A stretch of DNA of 64,000 bases, from assembly GCF_009914755.1 (NCBI RefSeq), contig NC_060926.1, one strand, 5' to 3'. This document shows, piece after piece, positions 1 through 12,178 of this stretch. Positions within the stretch are counted from its first letter, which is position 1; every line of letters begins with the position of its first letter. Source of the DNA: the human T2T-CHM13v2.0 reference genome, Homo sapiens. Position numbers and translations under genes: made by a program. The notes under the pieces were generated by a model, which saw nothing but the letters and a program-made list of their open reading frames with translations, was not told the DNA's origin and did not search any database.

Positions 1-1046
1 TAAAATATTTTATTTTCTGTTGTTGTAGTATATGCTTAATGCTTTGGCTAAGATTGTCCTCCTTTGTAAGACATCATTTAGAAATGGAGGAACCTGATGG
101 TATAGCCTAATTTGGGAAATAGGTTAGGTAATTTCTAGGTTTCTTTTTAATTCTAAAATTCTAGAATTTATATGCATTAAGCATATAATCATTGCTTAAT
201 GACTGCTAAATTATTGCTGTGCTTTAGGTGAAATAAGGCATGGTATGTAGCTATGCACAGTATTAGGAATGTTGGCCTTTGGAATCTTCTTGAAATGGAA
301 AGGTAACACTCATCCTGTTCCCAAACTGGTTTGGCCTCTGAACACAAAAAAGAACTTATTTCTAATAATAATTCTAGTTAATATCATATTTGCCAAACTT
401 ATGATTTCATTAATTCAATGCAAAAGCACTCGCCAAGTGTATCAGGGATGATGAAATGAGCAGAAATTAACAAAATCGGGATGTACGGTTGAGTGTAAGG
501 ATGCATAGTTCTAATACGTATTCATGAACATCTGTAAGATAGTTCTTCTCATTCTTGTCCAAGACCCCATCGGGTGGTGGAAGTGCCCACACTCAGGTAA
601 GGATGTCCCCTATTATGCAGCTCAATGTTTACCTGTGTCTTCCTCACGGCATGCTTTCCTAGCACTTTCTTTTGTATTGTGTCATTGGCTGCTAAGGTTT
701 ACTTATACCTGTTTGGACTTCAAAGCTGTAAGAGAGTACAGTGATCCACTGGAGCTCTAGAGTCTTACTTTACGGATGGATGGAATATCAGAGGCTGATC
801 AGTACACCTTGTTCCAAACACATTAAACACATCCAAATCTTTGTTCAAAGTGAGATCTTTTATGTAAACCATGTTCTCCAAATTCTGCTTTCATAGATTC
901 CACTCCTCTTTCTCTCCACTTATGAAAAATTTGTCCTTCATTTGAAGTCTGACACCTCTAAGAAGACTTCCCTGACCGCTTTCCCACTCAGTGTGAGCTT
1001 CCCTTGTATTCTTAATTCTTATGATATTTGATGTGAATATTTACTA

Positions 1047-1442
1047 TGAGAATTTTCTTATGCAATTATGGAGGCTAAGAAGTCCCATGATCTACCATCT
1101 GCAAGCTGGAAAACCAGAAAAACTGGTGGGTAATTCTCAGTCAGTCTCAAGGCCTGAGAAAGATGAGCACTGATCTCTGAGGGCAGGAGAAGGTAGATGC
1201 CCCAGTTCAAACAGAGAGAAGGAAGTCACCCTTCCCCTGCCTTTTTGTTCTATCATTGCCCTCAGTGGATTGAATGATGCCCCCCCACATTGATAAAGAC
1301 AGTTCTTCTATACTTAGTCTATTGATTCAAATGCGAATCTCTTCTGGAAACACCCTCACAGACACATCCAGAAATAATATTTTACCCGTTGTTTTGGGCA
1401 TCTCTTAGCCCAGTCAAGTGAACACATAAAATAACTATCACA
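1047..1442 (-). mobile_element. MLT2B-type ERVL solo LTR (partial), inserted in an L2 relic
   Basis: Ends ...ctggaaacaccctcacagacacatccagaaataat...cttagcccagtcaagtgaacacataaaataactatcaca, the reverse complement of the MLT2 5' end (TGTGATGGTTAATTTTATGTGTCAACTTGACTGGGCTAAG). Confidence 0.85.
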
Positions 1443-1565
1443 CTTCCCCAAGTAAACTTCATGTCCCTGCATTGCAAAACTGTATCCTGTCCTTTTTGTC
1501 AGTGCCTGGCAGAGAGGATGGCACATGCCACCTGCCTATGTATTAATTGTGCAATGTTAGATTAA

Positions 1566-1735
1566 TAACAATTTGTTGAACACCTATGTGCTAAGCGCAG
1601 GATATATGCCATATTATAACAATTCTATGCATTAAGTACTATTATTATTCTGGTTTATAAATAAGGAAATTGGGAAGTCAGTTGGTTTAAATAGTATACC
1701 AAGTGTCAGAGTTGGGATTTGAAGTCAAAGCCTTA
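1566..1735 (-). mobile_element. MIR SINE fragment
   Basis: Degenerate MIR core in reverse: tactattattattctggtttataaataaggaaattgg...agagttgggatttgaa. Confidence 0.6.
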
Positions 1736-3294
1736 TCTGGGAACAAATGCAGTATGATGTGGTGAGGTTTCTCTCCAGGGTTCTGCTTTGTGAGTTATTC
1801 TTTCATTTCTTCTCAGTTTCTTCTCACCACAGTCACTCCCTTGGGAGTGAGAGCAGAAAGTGGTATTGGGTTTAAAAAGATGCGTGAATGACAAAAAATT
1901 CTTCATGGAAGTGCTTAGAGGAGAGTGATGTTGGGGGCAAGGAGTGAATAAAGTCACATTACACAATTAGCTGAGACACTTGAGTTCAAAGTGACTTAAT
2001 TTTGTAATGATGGTAGTATTTCTCAAACACGCAAGCAGCATCAAAGGCAGAGTTTTCACTGTCAGTAACGCAATTGGAGCAAGAGACTATGGAGTTTATT
2101 GATGCTGATTAATCAGGTGACTCACCTGGACATACTTGACATCCAACTCCACTCGAAAATCTTGTGCTTTTATGGCATTACGGCAGAAGGAAGTAATGGC
2201 AGTACTTCCCCTCTCTTAGATTTGCATAATTGTAAAGCATCAATGATGCCATTACTTTTTCAAAATGATTGTTTTGAAAATGATTAGCTACTACAAGTCC
2301 TAGAATAAAATATGTCTGTATATTTCCTGCCTTTACAAATGCCTGAGAGCAAAGACAATGGACTGGAGAAACATCTGAAAGAAGCAGACAAACATCTGCT
2401 AGATCAATAGTCCTCACACAATTAGCCTCCATGGAAGGCAGACCTTAAAAGACCCAAAGCTAGAATTCTATTCATGAAGAGACTGACATAAAAGAGATGG
2501 TATATATATAAAGTACTTTGAATATTATAAGGAACTCTCCAGATGTGGGACATATTGTTTAAGCAATTCATCAAAAGACTTCCTAGGAAGGGTCTTTAAT
2601 ATTTCTGGGATGGTGAAAACATGAAGAGAGATGCCTGTGGTTTAACGTGTATAAGGAAGATCCGAGACTTATTAAAATAGAAGAAAAAATTGCATTGAAT
2701 GAAAGATGTTAATCTATGATTATCTTTGGAATGTTCTACACATTGAACAAGCCTCTAAAATGGACTAATGCTCTCTGCAGTATTTTGGCAAGTGACTTTG
2801 GCAGCCTCCACTGTCAGGGTCCTTTGTTCTTGAACCCTGGAGTTTAGGTCATAGAGACAATCTCATTTCAGGAAAGAAAACATTCTTTCCTAGAGCTGAC
2901 AATTGGAAACCCACAAGAAACTCAGCTGCATATATTGGTGTGGAGCCTAGAGAGGATCATGAGACACTGGTGAGAAATGGAAGTAGCAGGAGCATATGAG
3001 AACATGTGCAGCAACACTTCCTTCCACTGTTCCTCTAAACTGGTATTGCAGAGGTTAAGGAAGAATTATGATGTCCCCGGGGTGGTCTAAAAGCACTAAG
3101 AACATGCAGTTACCAGTTAGTTTTTGTAAAACAACTTTCTTGTGGTGTATAGAAGTGGATTGTATATATACACACACATATTTAATATTCACTGAGCCTT
3201 TATTATGTGCCAAATGCTTGGGAGTATACTTCCAAAAACTGAGGATACTGAGGGTCTAGATTGAAGCTAAAAGCTGAATAGAAATGGAGGGTGA

Positions 3295-3816
3295 TTTGGT
3301 TATTTATCCCTGTATAACAAATGACTCTGAAAATGTAATAGCTGAGAACAATGACCATTTATCATCTTTCACAATTCGGTGTAGGACTGGTCTCAGCTGG
3401 GTAGTTCTTCCGCTCTGTGTGGTATTGACTGGGGCTGTCATCTTCCGAAGGCACAATGAGACGGTAATGTCTGTGATGGCTCAATTACATAGCTGGCTGT
3501 CAGTGCTGGCTACAGGACAGAGCTCAGCTCAGCTGTCAGCCAGGGCTCCTTGAATCCTCTTGCTAGCTTTCTACATGGATTCAGCTCTGCATAGCATGGT
3601 GGCTGGTTCCAGGAGCAGAATTCCATCTACGAGAAAGCAGAAGTTAAAGAGGCCCACCCTTGAAAATTACACCCTGTCGCCTCTGATGCATCTTATTGAT
3701 CAAAGGAAGTCACAGGACCAGCTAAAATTTAAGGCAAAGGGAAACAGATTACATCTTTTGCATGAGCAGAGGCAAAATACAAAAATGAAATAAAATATGC
3801 CCATCTTTAATACACA
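3295..3816 (-). mobile_element. Old MLT1 (MLT1H-K-like) MaLR solo LTR
   Basis: Starts ...ctgtataacaaatgactc...catttatcatctttcacaatt; internal ctcagctgggtagttctt, gatggctcaattacatagctggc, agcatggtggctggttcca; ends ...aca. Confidence 0.7.
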
Positions 3817-5190
3817 ATGTACAGAAAGGAATGTATCTGGGATGACTGTAGAAAAGAAAGTAGTCTTATCAGTAGATCACTGATGAGGGTTCAAGTTTGT
3901 GTGCGTATGTGAGTGGAGTGAAATTTGTATTTTTAAAAATGTATTACATAGTTCACAGGAAATTTTAATGGCAGTGAGAGACCAGGAGCCCATGTATACC
4001 AAGCCAATGTTGTATGAGCTGCATTTTCAGAGAAGGCCATCGTATTCCGTCCCCAATGGTTGTGGGCTTGTTGCTGGGGACCCTCAGAACTGTGGCTCCT
4101 CCTTCAGCCTCTCTGCCATGCCAAGGCTCTGGGAAGTCCCTCCATTATTGAGGACAAGGGGATCCTATCTATATGGTATGATAGTGATTCTAGCTTGGGT
4201 GTTACACAAAATTTGAAAAAACACTTAAATTCTTATTTTCCTGATTTTAGTTCTTTCTATGCTTAACTATTATACATGAAGACCGTGTTCCCTATTCTTA
4301 ATATTAGTCCTTCTGTAAAATCTTGTATGCTGTAAGAGCTTAGTTAATACTTTTTGATTGATTAAATAAATGCATTCTTTTAAATCTAATACCAATTTTC
4401 TTCATTTTTAGTTATTGTGGTGTCTCTGATTATGACAATATTTTCTCGAGATGCATAAAAAATTCATGGTAGGAATGAAATCAAAATCACAATTTTATTT
4501 ACTTACAAGTAGTTTGTTTTACTTGGATACAATATCTAGTTTTCTGTACCTACTACGAGTTATAACTATAGCCCTCACCACTGACCCAAAGCTATACTAT
4601 TTGCTAAATGGGGAATCTGGCAAGAATATGAATGCCTGGCTAACCAAAGATGCTGGAGTTTTCTGGAGGGACTCAAAATATAACAGAATGCTTGTGTCAC
4701 ATTTGTATTCAAAGGAATATGTGTGTATTTAAATACATACATATATGTGTACATTGTATACATATTGATCAATAGATAAATATTTACATGATTTCTTGAG
4801 GATAATGATAACCCAGGAAATATTTAAATTATCTGAGCTGAGCTACTTATTCATCTTCAGCAACTCCCATCACTAGAAAGGCTTCACTTCTCATTCAAGA
4901 ATTAGAGGACTGAGCTTTAGTTCCATTTCTCCTTCTGAATAAGTCATAAAGACATGCCTCATTTGCCCATAGGCCATATTTCCAGCCATCCAATCCACAC
5001 AAAGTGATCGAAATTGGTTAAACAGATTTCTAAGAACAACAAGAGCTCTCACAAATCCTGTACCCTTTTGCTTTTTGGTGAGATATGACACAACCTTTAT
5101 AGCAGAGGAGACTTAATGTGGTTTGTAAAGTTAAGCTTCTTAGGAGAGAATACTAGAAGTAGTGGAACAGTGAGGGTTTCTGCATATAGA

Positions 5191-5390
5191 CAATGCAGTA
5201 TAATGGTTAAAATCTAAGTTAACACAATGCATAAGTAGCAGTTCCAAGTCCAAATGTGCTTCACTGCTCTGGACCCAATTTCCGTATATGTAAAATGGAG
5301 ATAGATACTTTGCAGGGTTGCTGTAAATTCTGTAAACTCTTTATATCACATAGCATAGTGCCAGGAAACAGAAGAAATCAAATGGCACTT
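5191..5390 (+). mobile_element. MIR SINE
   Basis: MIR core ccaatttccgtatatgtaaaatggagatag...cagggttgctgt...catagtgccagg. Confidence 0.65.
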
Positions 5391-6324
5391 AAACTATACA
5401 GAAACGTCGTTTATATAAAATAGACAATTTCCTAGTAATACTGGAAAATAAACCAGCACTCTATATATGTACACTTCTGTATTATATGTTAAATCTGGCA
5501 GAAAAAAATGCTACTACCACAATGCCAATGACGTGCATACATGATGAATAGATTCAGCTCATCTCTGAGCTCCGTGGAGAAGGATACATAAAAAATGCAA
5601 ACATACATTCAGACAAACTACTAAGATACACCTGTGCAAACATAAAATTAGCACCATCTCAAGAAGTGTGAAAAGAAGGAGCCTAAAAACCTTGTTTACT
5701 CTTGAGTTTTGTTGATTTTCTGCAAAAAGAATAATGATTGAAGAGAAGTACTTCTACTGTTCTTCCTGTCTGAAATTCTAAAGCCTGGAGGCCATCTGAG
5801 TTCTCCTTTTAGGTTTTGGCAGTTATTTGAGAAGTGGCATAGGAGGGTAAGCAATCACAGCAGGTTCTAGAGAAAGAAGCATCACCTAAATTGCTATTCT
5901 AAAGTAGTAAACAGGATTCAGGCAACTTCTGAGAGTTAGACAACTTCTAAGAGGGTAAACCAAGGATAGAAACAGGATGTGGAGTGTTGACCTGTTCTAT
6001 ATGCTTCACTCTGATATATAGATGACTGATTTATTATTTTCTCGTTGAAGAGTATGCAAAATTTCTGCCTTTTGAAATAGATGATTATTGGTTACAGGTT
6101 GCAGGAGCAAATTAATAAATAACTTTCATAAAGTTAAAGAACCAAGGTCATGTTGGGACAAATATGGACTTAGGCTTGGACGGCAAAACAGCGAGGTCAG
6201 GTGTAGTTGAGTCACTGGAAATGTTGCAGTATTTGTGTGTTCAGTACAGGAAGTGGTCCTTGTGTATTTGGCAGATCTGTTTAAGGAAAAGATTTGGTCA
6301 TGTTCTTAGTCCAGACCCTATACT

Positions 6325-6545
6325 TAACACTTTCCAATCAGTAGCCACCAGCCACATGTGCCATTCAGCACTTGAAATGTGGCTGGTATGAATGAGTAAA
6401 TCTATTAAGTATAAAATACACATGCAATTTCAAAGATTTAGTATTAAAAAGGATGTAAAATATTATATACTAATGTTTATACTGGTTGTTGTAACAGCAG
6501 TATTTTGGATATCTAGGGCTAACCGACAAGTTATTAAAATTAATT
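6325..6545 (-). mobile_element. MER33 (hAT-Charlie) DNA transposon, left part
   Basis: tccaatcagtagccaccagccacatgtgccattcagcacttgaaatgtggctgg...aaaatacac...tattttggatat matches MER33; interrupted by the L1 at 6546. Confidence 0.85.
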
Positions 6546-6907
6546 ATTTTGTTTTAATTTTTGTGGATACATAGTATGTGTGTATATTTATAGGGTACCT
6601 AAGATGTTTTGGTACAGGCACGCAATGTGAAATAAGTACATCATGGACAATGGGATATCCATCCCCTCAAGCATTTATCCTTAGAGTTACAAACAATCCA
6701 ATTTCACTCTTTATTTCAACATGTGCAATTAAGTTATTATTGACTACAGTCACCCTACTGTACTGTCAAATAGTAGGTCTTATTCATTCTTTCTATTTTG
6801 TTGTACCCATTAACTATTCCCACCTTCCTCTCAGCTCCCAACTACCCTTCCCAGCTTCTGGTAACAATTCTTCTACTCTCTGTCAGTGAGTTCAATTGTT
6901 TTGATTT

Positions 6908-9900
6908 TTAGATCCCACAAATAAGTGAGAACATGTGATGTGCATCTTTCTGTGCCTGGCTTATTTCACTTAACACAATGATCTCCACTTCCGCCCATGT
7001 TGTTGCAAATGACTGGATCTCATTCTTTTCTCTGGCTAAATAGTACTCCATTATGTATATGTACCACATTTTCTTTATCCATTCATTAGTTGATGGAAAC
7101 TTACATTACTTCCAAATCTTAACTACTGTAAGCAGTGCTGCAACAAATAGGAATGCAGGTGTCTTCAATATTCTGATTTCCTTTCTTTTGAGTATATACC
7201 CAGCAATGGGATTGCTGGATCATACAGTAGCTCAATTTTTAGATTTTTGAGGAATCTCCAAACTGTTCTCCATACTGGTTGTACTAACTTACATTCCTAT
7301 CAACAGTGTACAAGGGTTCCCTTTTCTTGACATCCTCGCCAGCATTTGTTATTGCCTGTCTTTTGTATATAAGCAATTTTAACTGGGGTGAGATGCTATC
7401 TCATTGTCGAGTTAACGGGTGCAGCACACCAACATGGCACATGTATACATATGATTTGCATTCTCTAATGATCAATGATGTTGAGCACTTTTTCATATGC
7501 CTGTTGGACATTTGTATGTCTTCTTTTGCAAAATGTCTATTCAAATCTTTTGCCTATTTTTTAAATAGAATTATTAGATGTTTTTTCCTGTAGAGTTGTT
7601 TGAGCTCCTCATATATTCTGGTTATTAATCCCTTGTCAGATGGGTAGTTTGCAAATATTTTCTCCCATTCTGTGGGTTGTCTCTTTATTTTGTTGATTGT
7701 ATCCTTTGCTGTGCAGACACTTTTTTTAACTTGATGTGATCCCATTTGTCCATTTTTGCTTTGGTTGCCTATGCTTTTGGGCTATTGCTCAAAAAATCTT
7801 TTCCCAGACCAATGTCTTTGAGAATTTCCCCAATGTTTTCTTGTAGTAGTTTCATAGTTTGAGGTCTTAGATTTATGTCTTGAATCAATTTTGATTTTAT
7901 TTGATTTTTATATATGGCAAGAGATAGGAGTCTAGTTTAATTCTTCTGCATATGGATATCCAGTTTTCCTAACATCATTTATTGAAGAGACTGTCTTTTC
8001 CCCAGTGTATGTTCTTGGCACTTTTGTCAAAAATGAGTTCCCTATAGGTGTGTGTATTTATTTCTAGGTTCTCTATTCTGTTCCATTGGTCTATGTGTCT
8101 GATTTTATGCTGGTACCATGCTGTTTTTGTTATTATAGCTCTGTAGTATAATTTGAAGTCAGGTAATATAATTCTTCCAGTTTTTTTTTTTTTTTTTTTT
8201 TTTTTTGGCTTAGGATAGCTTTGGCTATTCTGGGTCTCTTTTGTGGTTCCATATAAATCTTAGGTAGGTTTGCCCTATGTGAAGAATATCATTGGTATTC
8301 TCATAGGGATTGCATTGAATCTGTAGATTGCTTTGGGTAGTATGGACATTTTAACAACATTGATTCTTACAATCCATGAACATGGAATATTTTTCCATTT
8401 TTTGGTGTCCTAATCAATTTATTTCATTAGTGTTTTATGTATTTTATTATAGAGATCTTTCACTTCTTTGGTTAAGTTAATTCGTAGTTATTTAATTTTA
8501 TGTGTGGCTATTGTAAATGGGATTACTTTTTTATTTCTTTTTCACATTGTTCATTGTTGGCATATAGAAATGCTACTGATTTTTGCATGTTGATTTTGTA
8601 TCCTGCAACTTTACTAAAGTTGTTTATCAGTTCTAACACTTTTCTTGTGTACTCTTTAGGATTTTCCAAATATAAGATTATATCATCTTCAAACAAGGAT
8701 AATCTCACATCTTCCTTTCCAATTTGGATGACCTTTATATTTTCTCTTGTCTGATTGCTCTAGCTAAGTCTTCTAGTACTGTGGTGAATAACAATGGTGA
8801 CAGTGGGCATCCTTGGCATGTTCTGGATATTAATGGAAAGGCTTTCAGTTTTTCCTCATTCAGTTTGACATTAGCTGTGGGTCTGTCATATATGGCTTTT
8901 ATTATGTTGAGTTGTGTTGTTTCTATCCCCAATTTTTTTGAGGATTTTTAATCATGAAGAGATGTTGAATTTTATTAAATGCTTTTTTGGCATCAGTTGA
9001 AATTCTCATATGGTTTTTATCTTTCATTCTGTTGATAGGATGTATCATACTAATTTATTTGCATATGTTGAACCATGCTTGCATCCCAGGGATAAATCCC
9101 ACTTGATTATGATGAATACTCTTTCTAATGTATTGCTGAATTTGTCTTGCTAGTACTTTGTTGAGGATTTTGCATCAATAGTCATAAAAGACGTTGGCCT
9201 GTAGTTTTCTTTCTTTGATGTTTCTTTGTCTGGTTTTGGTATCAGGGTAATATTGGCCTCATAGAATGATTTTGGAAGTATTCCCTCCTCCTCTGTTTTT
9301 TGGAATAATTTGGGTAGAATTGGTGTAAGTTATTCATTAAACGTTTGGTAGAATTCAGCAGTGAAGCAATTAGGTCCCGAGTTTTTCTTTATTGGGAGAT
9401 TTTTATTCCAGCTTTGATATCATTGTTATAAGTCTGGTCAGGCTTTGGATGTCTTCCTGGTTCAATCTGAGTAGGTTATATGTATCCAGGAATTCATCCA
9501 TTTCTTCCAGATTTTCTAATTTATTGGCATATAGTTGCTTACAATAGCTGCTAATGAACCTTTGAATTTCTGCAGTATCAACTGTAATGTCTCCTTTTTC
9601 ATTTTGATTTTGTTTATTTAGATCTTCTCTCTTTTTTTCTCTTAGTCTGGTTAAAGGTTTGTCAATTTCGTGTAACTTTTCAAGAAATCAGCTTTTGGGT
9701 TCATTTGTAATGTTTATTTTTATTTTAATTTCATTTATTTCTGGTCTGATCCTCATTATTTTTCTTCTACTAATTTTCGGTTTGGTTTGCTCTTGCTTTA
9801 CTGGTTCTTTAAGATGCATGATTAGATCATTCATTTGAAGTTTTCCTCTTTTTTAATGTGGGCACTAATAGCTATAAACTTCCCTCTTAGTACTACTTTT

Positions 9901-10780
9901 GGTGTATCACACAGATTTTGGTATGTTGTGTTTCCATTATGTTGTATTTCAAGACATTTTTCAATTTCCTTCTTAATTTCTTCATTGGCCCACTTGTCAT
10001 TCAGAGCATATTGTTTTAATTGCTATATATTTGTATAGTTTCCAAAATTCCTCTTATTATTAATTTCTAGTTTTATTGCATTGTGGTCAGAGAAGATGCT
10101 TGATATTATTTCAATTTTTAACTTGTTTTAGGACTTGTTTTGTGACATAGCCTATGGTCTGTCCTTGAGAATGATCCATATGCTGAAGAAAAAAATGTGT
10201 ATTCTGCAGCTCTTGGATAAAGCATTCTGTAAATATCCATTAGATCCATTTGTTCTATAGTGCAGGTTAAGTCTGATGTTTCTGTTGATTTTCTGTCTGG
10301 AAGATCTGTCCAATGACAAAAGTGGAATGTTGAAGGCGCTAGCTATTATTGTACTAGGGCCTATCTATCTCTTTAGCTCTAAAAATATTTCCTTTATATA
10401 GCTATGTGCTCCAGTGTTGGGTACAGATATATTGAAAATTGTCATATCCTCCTGCTGTCTTGCTGAATTGTCCTTTTTATCATTACGTAGTGAACTTCTT
10501 TGTCTCTTTTTGAAGTTTTTGTCTTGAAATCTATTTTGTCTGATATAAGTATAGCTACTCCTGCCCATTTTTTGGTTTCCATTGGCGTGAAACATCTTTT
10601 TTCATCCTTTCATTTTCAGTCTATGTGTGTCTTTATAGCTGAAATGTATTCTTTGTAGGCAACAAATCAATGGGTCTTGTTTTTTCATTCATTCAGTCAG
10701 AGCCTATGTCTTTTGATTGGAGAGGTTAGTCCATTTACATTCAGTGTTATTATTGATAAGTAAGGACTTACTACTGCCAT
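6908..10780 (-). pseudogene. L1 ORF2 (endonuclease/reverse transcriptase), disrupted
   Basis: ATG at 10780 gives MAVVSPYLSIITLNVNGL; ends HMFSLICGI* at 6908; many stops and frameshifts; RT FADD motif reads FEDD. Confidence 0.85.
7408..7453 (+). mobile_element. 44-46 bp young L1PA 3'-UTR fragment inserted antisense within the L1MA
   Basis: cgagttaacgggtgcagcacaccaacatggcacatgtatacatatg is L1PA 3' UTR; it interrupts host tctcattgt|...|tgatttgcatt. Confidence 0.85.
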
Positions 10781-11283
10781 TTTGTTATTTGTTTTCTAGT
10801 TGTTTTATGGTCTTCTCTTTATTCTTTCCTTCCTGTTTTCCCCTAGTATATAGGTGATTTTCTCTGGTGATATGACTTAGTTTCTTACTTTTAATTTTTT
10901 GTGTATCCATTGTATGTTTCTTGGTTTGAGATTACCATGAAGCTTGCAAATACTACGTTATAACCCATTATTTTAACTTGATTACAACTTAACATTATTT
11001 GCATAAACAAACAAGCAAAAGGAAAACTAATAAAAACTGTACACCTTAACTTTGTCCCCCGACTTTTCAACTTTTTGCTGTTTCTATTTATATCTTACTG
11101 TACTGACTATATCTTGAAAAGCTATTGTAGTTATTATTTTTGACTGGTTCATCATTTATTCTTTCTACTTAGGATAAAATTAGTTTACAATACCACAGTT
11201 ACAGTGTTATAATATTCTGTGTTGTCCTGTATACTTACTATTACTGGTGAGTTATGTACATACAGGTGATTATTTATTGATAA

Positions 11284-12178
11284 TTAGTGTCTTTTTCTTT
11301 TTTATTGAAGTACTCCCTTTAGCATTTCTTATGGGACAGGTCTGGTATTGATAAATCCCTCAGCTTTTGTTTGTCTTCCTTTATTTCTCCTTCATGTTTG
11401 AAGGATATTTTTCACTGGATATACTATTCTAGAGTAAAAGATTTTTTTCCTTTAGCACTTTAAATATGTCATGCCATTCTCTCCTTGCCTGTAAGATTTC
11501 TACTGAAAAATATGCTAACAGATGTATTGGCACTCTATCGTATGTTATTTGTTTCTTTTATATTGCTGCTCTTAAAATCCGTTCTTTATCTTTTACCTTT
11601 GGGAGTTTGATTACTAAATGCCTAGTGGTAATCTTCTCTGATTTAATGGACTTGGTATTCTATAACCTTTTTGTGCTTGGATATTGATATCTTTCTCTAG
11701 GTTTGGGAAGTTGTTTGTTTTCATCCCTTTGAATAAACTTCATACCCCTATGTCTTTCTCTACTTTCTCTTTCAGGCCAATATCTCTTAGATTTGCCTTT
11801 TTGAGGTAATTTTCTATATCCCATAGCCATGCTTCATTTTTTTTAAGTATTTTTTCTGTAGTCTCCTCTAACTGTATATTTTCAGATAGCCTGTCTTCAA
11901 ACTCACTAGTTCTTTCTTCTGCTTCATCAATTCTGCTATTAAAAGACTCTAAGGCATTCTTCTTTCAGCTCCAGAAATTCTGCTTGATTGTTTTTAATAA
12001 TTTTGCACTCTTTGTTAAATTTATCTGATAGAATTCTAAATTCCTTCTCTGTGCTCTCTTGAATTTTTTTGAGTTTCCTCAAAACAACTATTTTTAATTA
12101 TCTGTCTGAATTGTCACATATCTCTGTTTCTTCAGGATTTGTCCCTGGTCCCTTATTTAGTTGATTTGGTGAGGTCAT
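11284..12178 (-). pseudogene. L1 ORF1 remnant, disrupted
   Basis: Lies between the 5' UTR and the inter-ORF region and begins near MTSPNQLNK; boundaries approximate. Confidence 0.65.

Noticed and set aside
8181-8206. Long internal poly(T) runs in the L1 (also ~12213-12236) as separate retro-insertions
   Set aside because: They fall at T-rich positions of the L1 consensus and lack TSDs; simple slippage expansion explains them.
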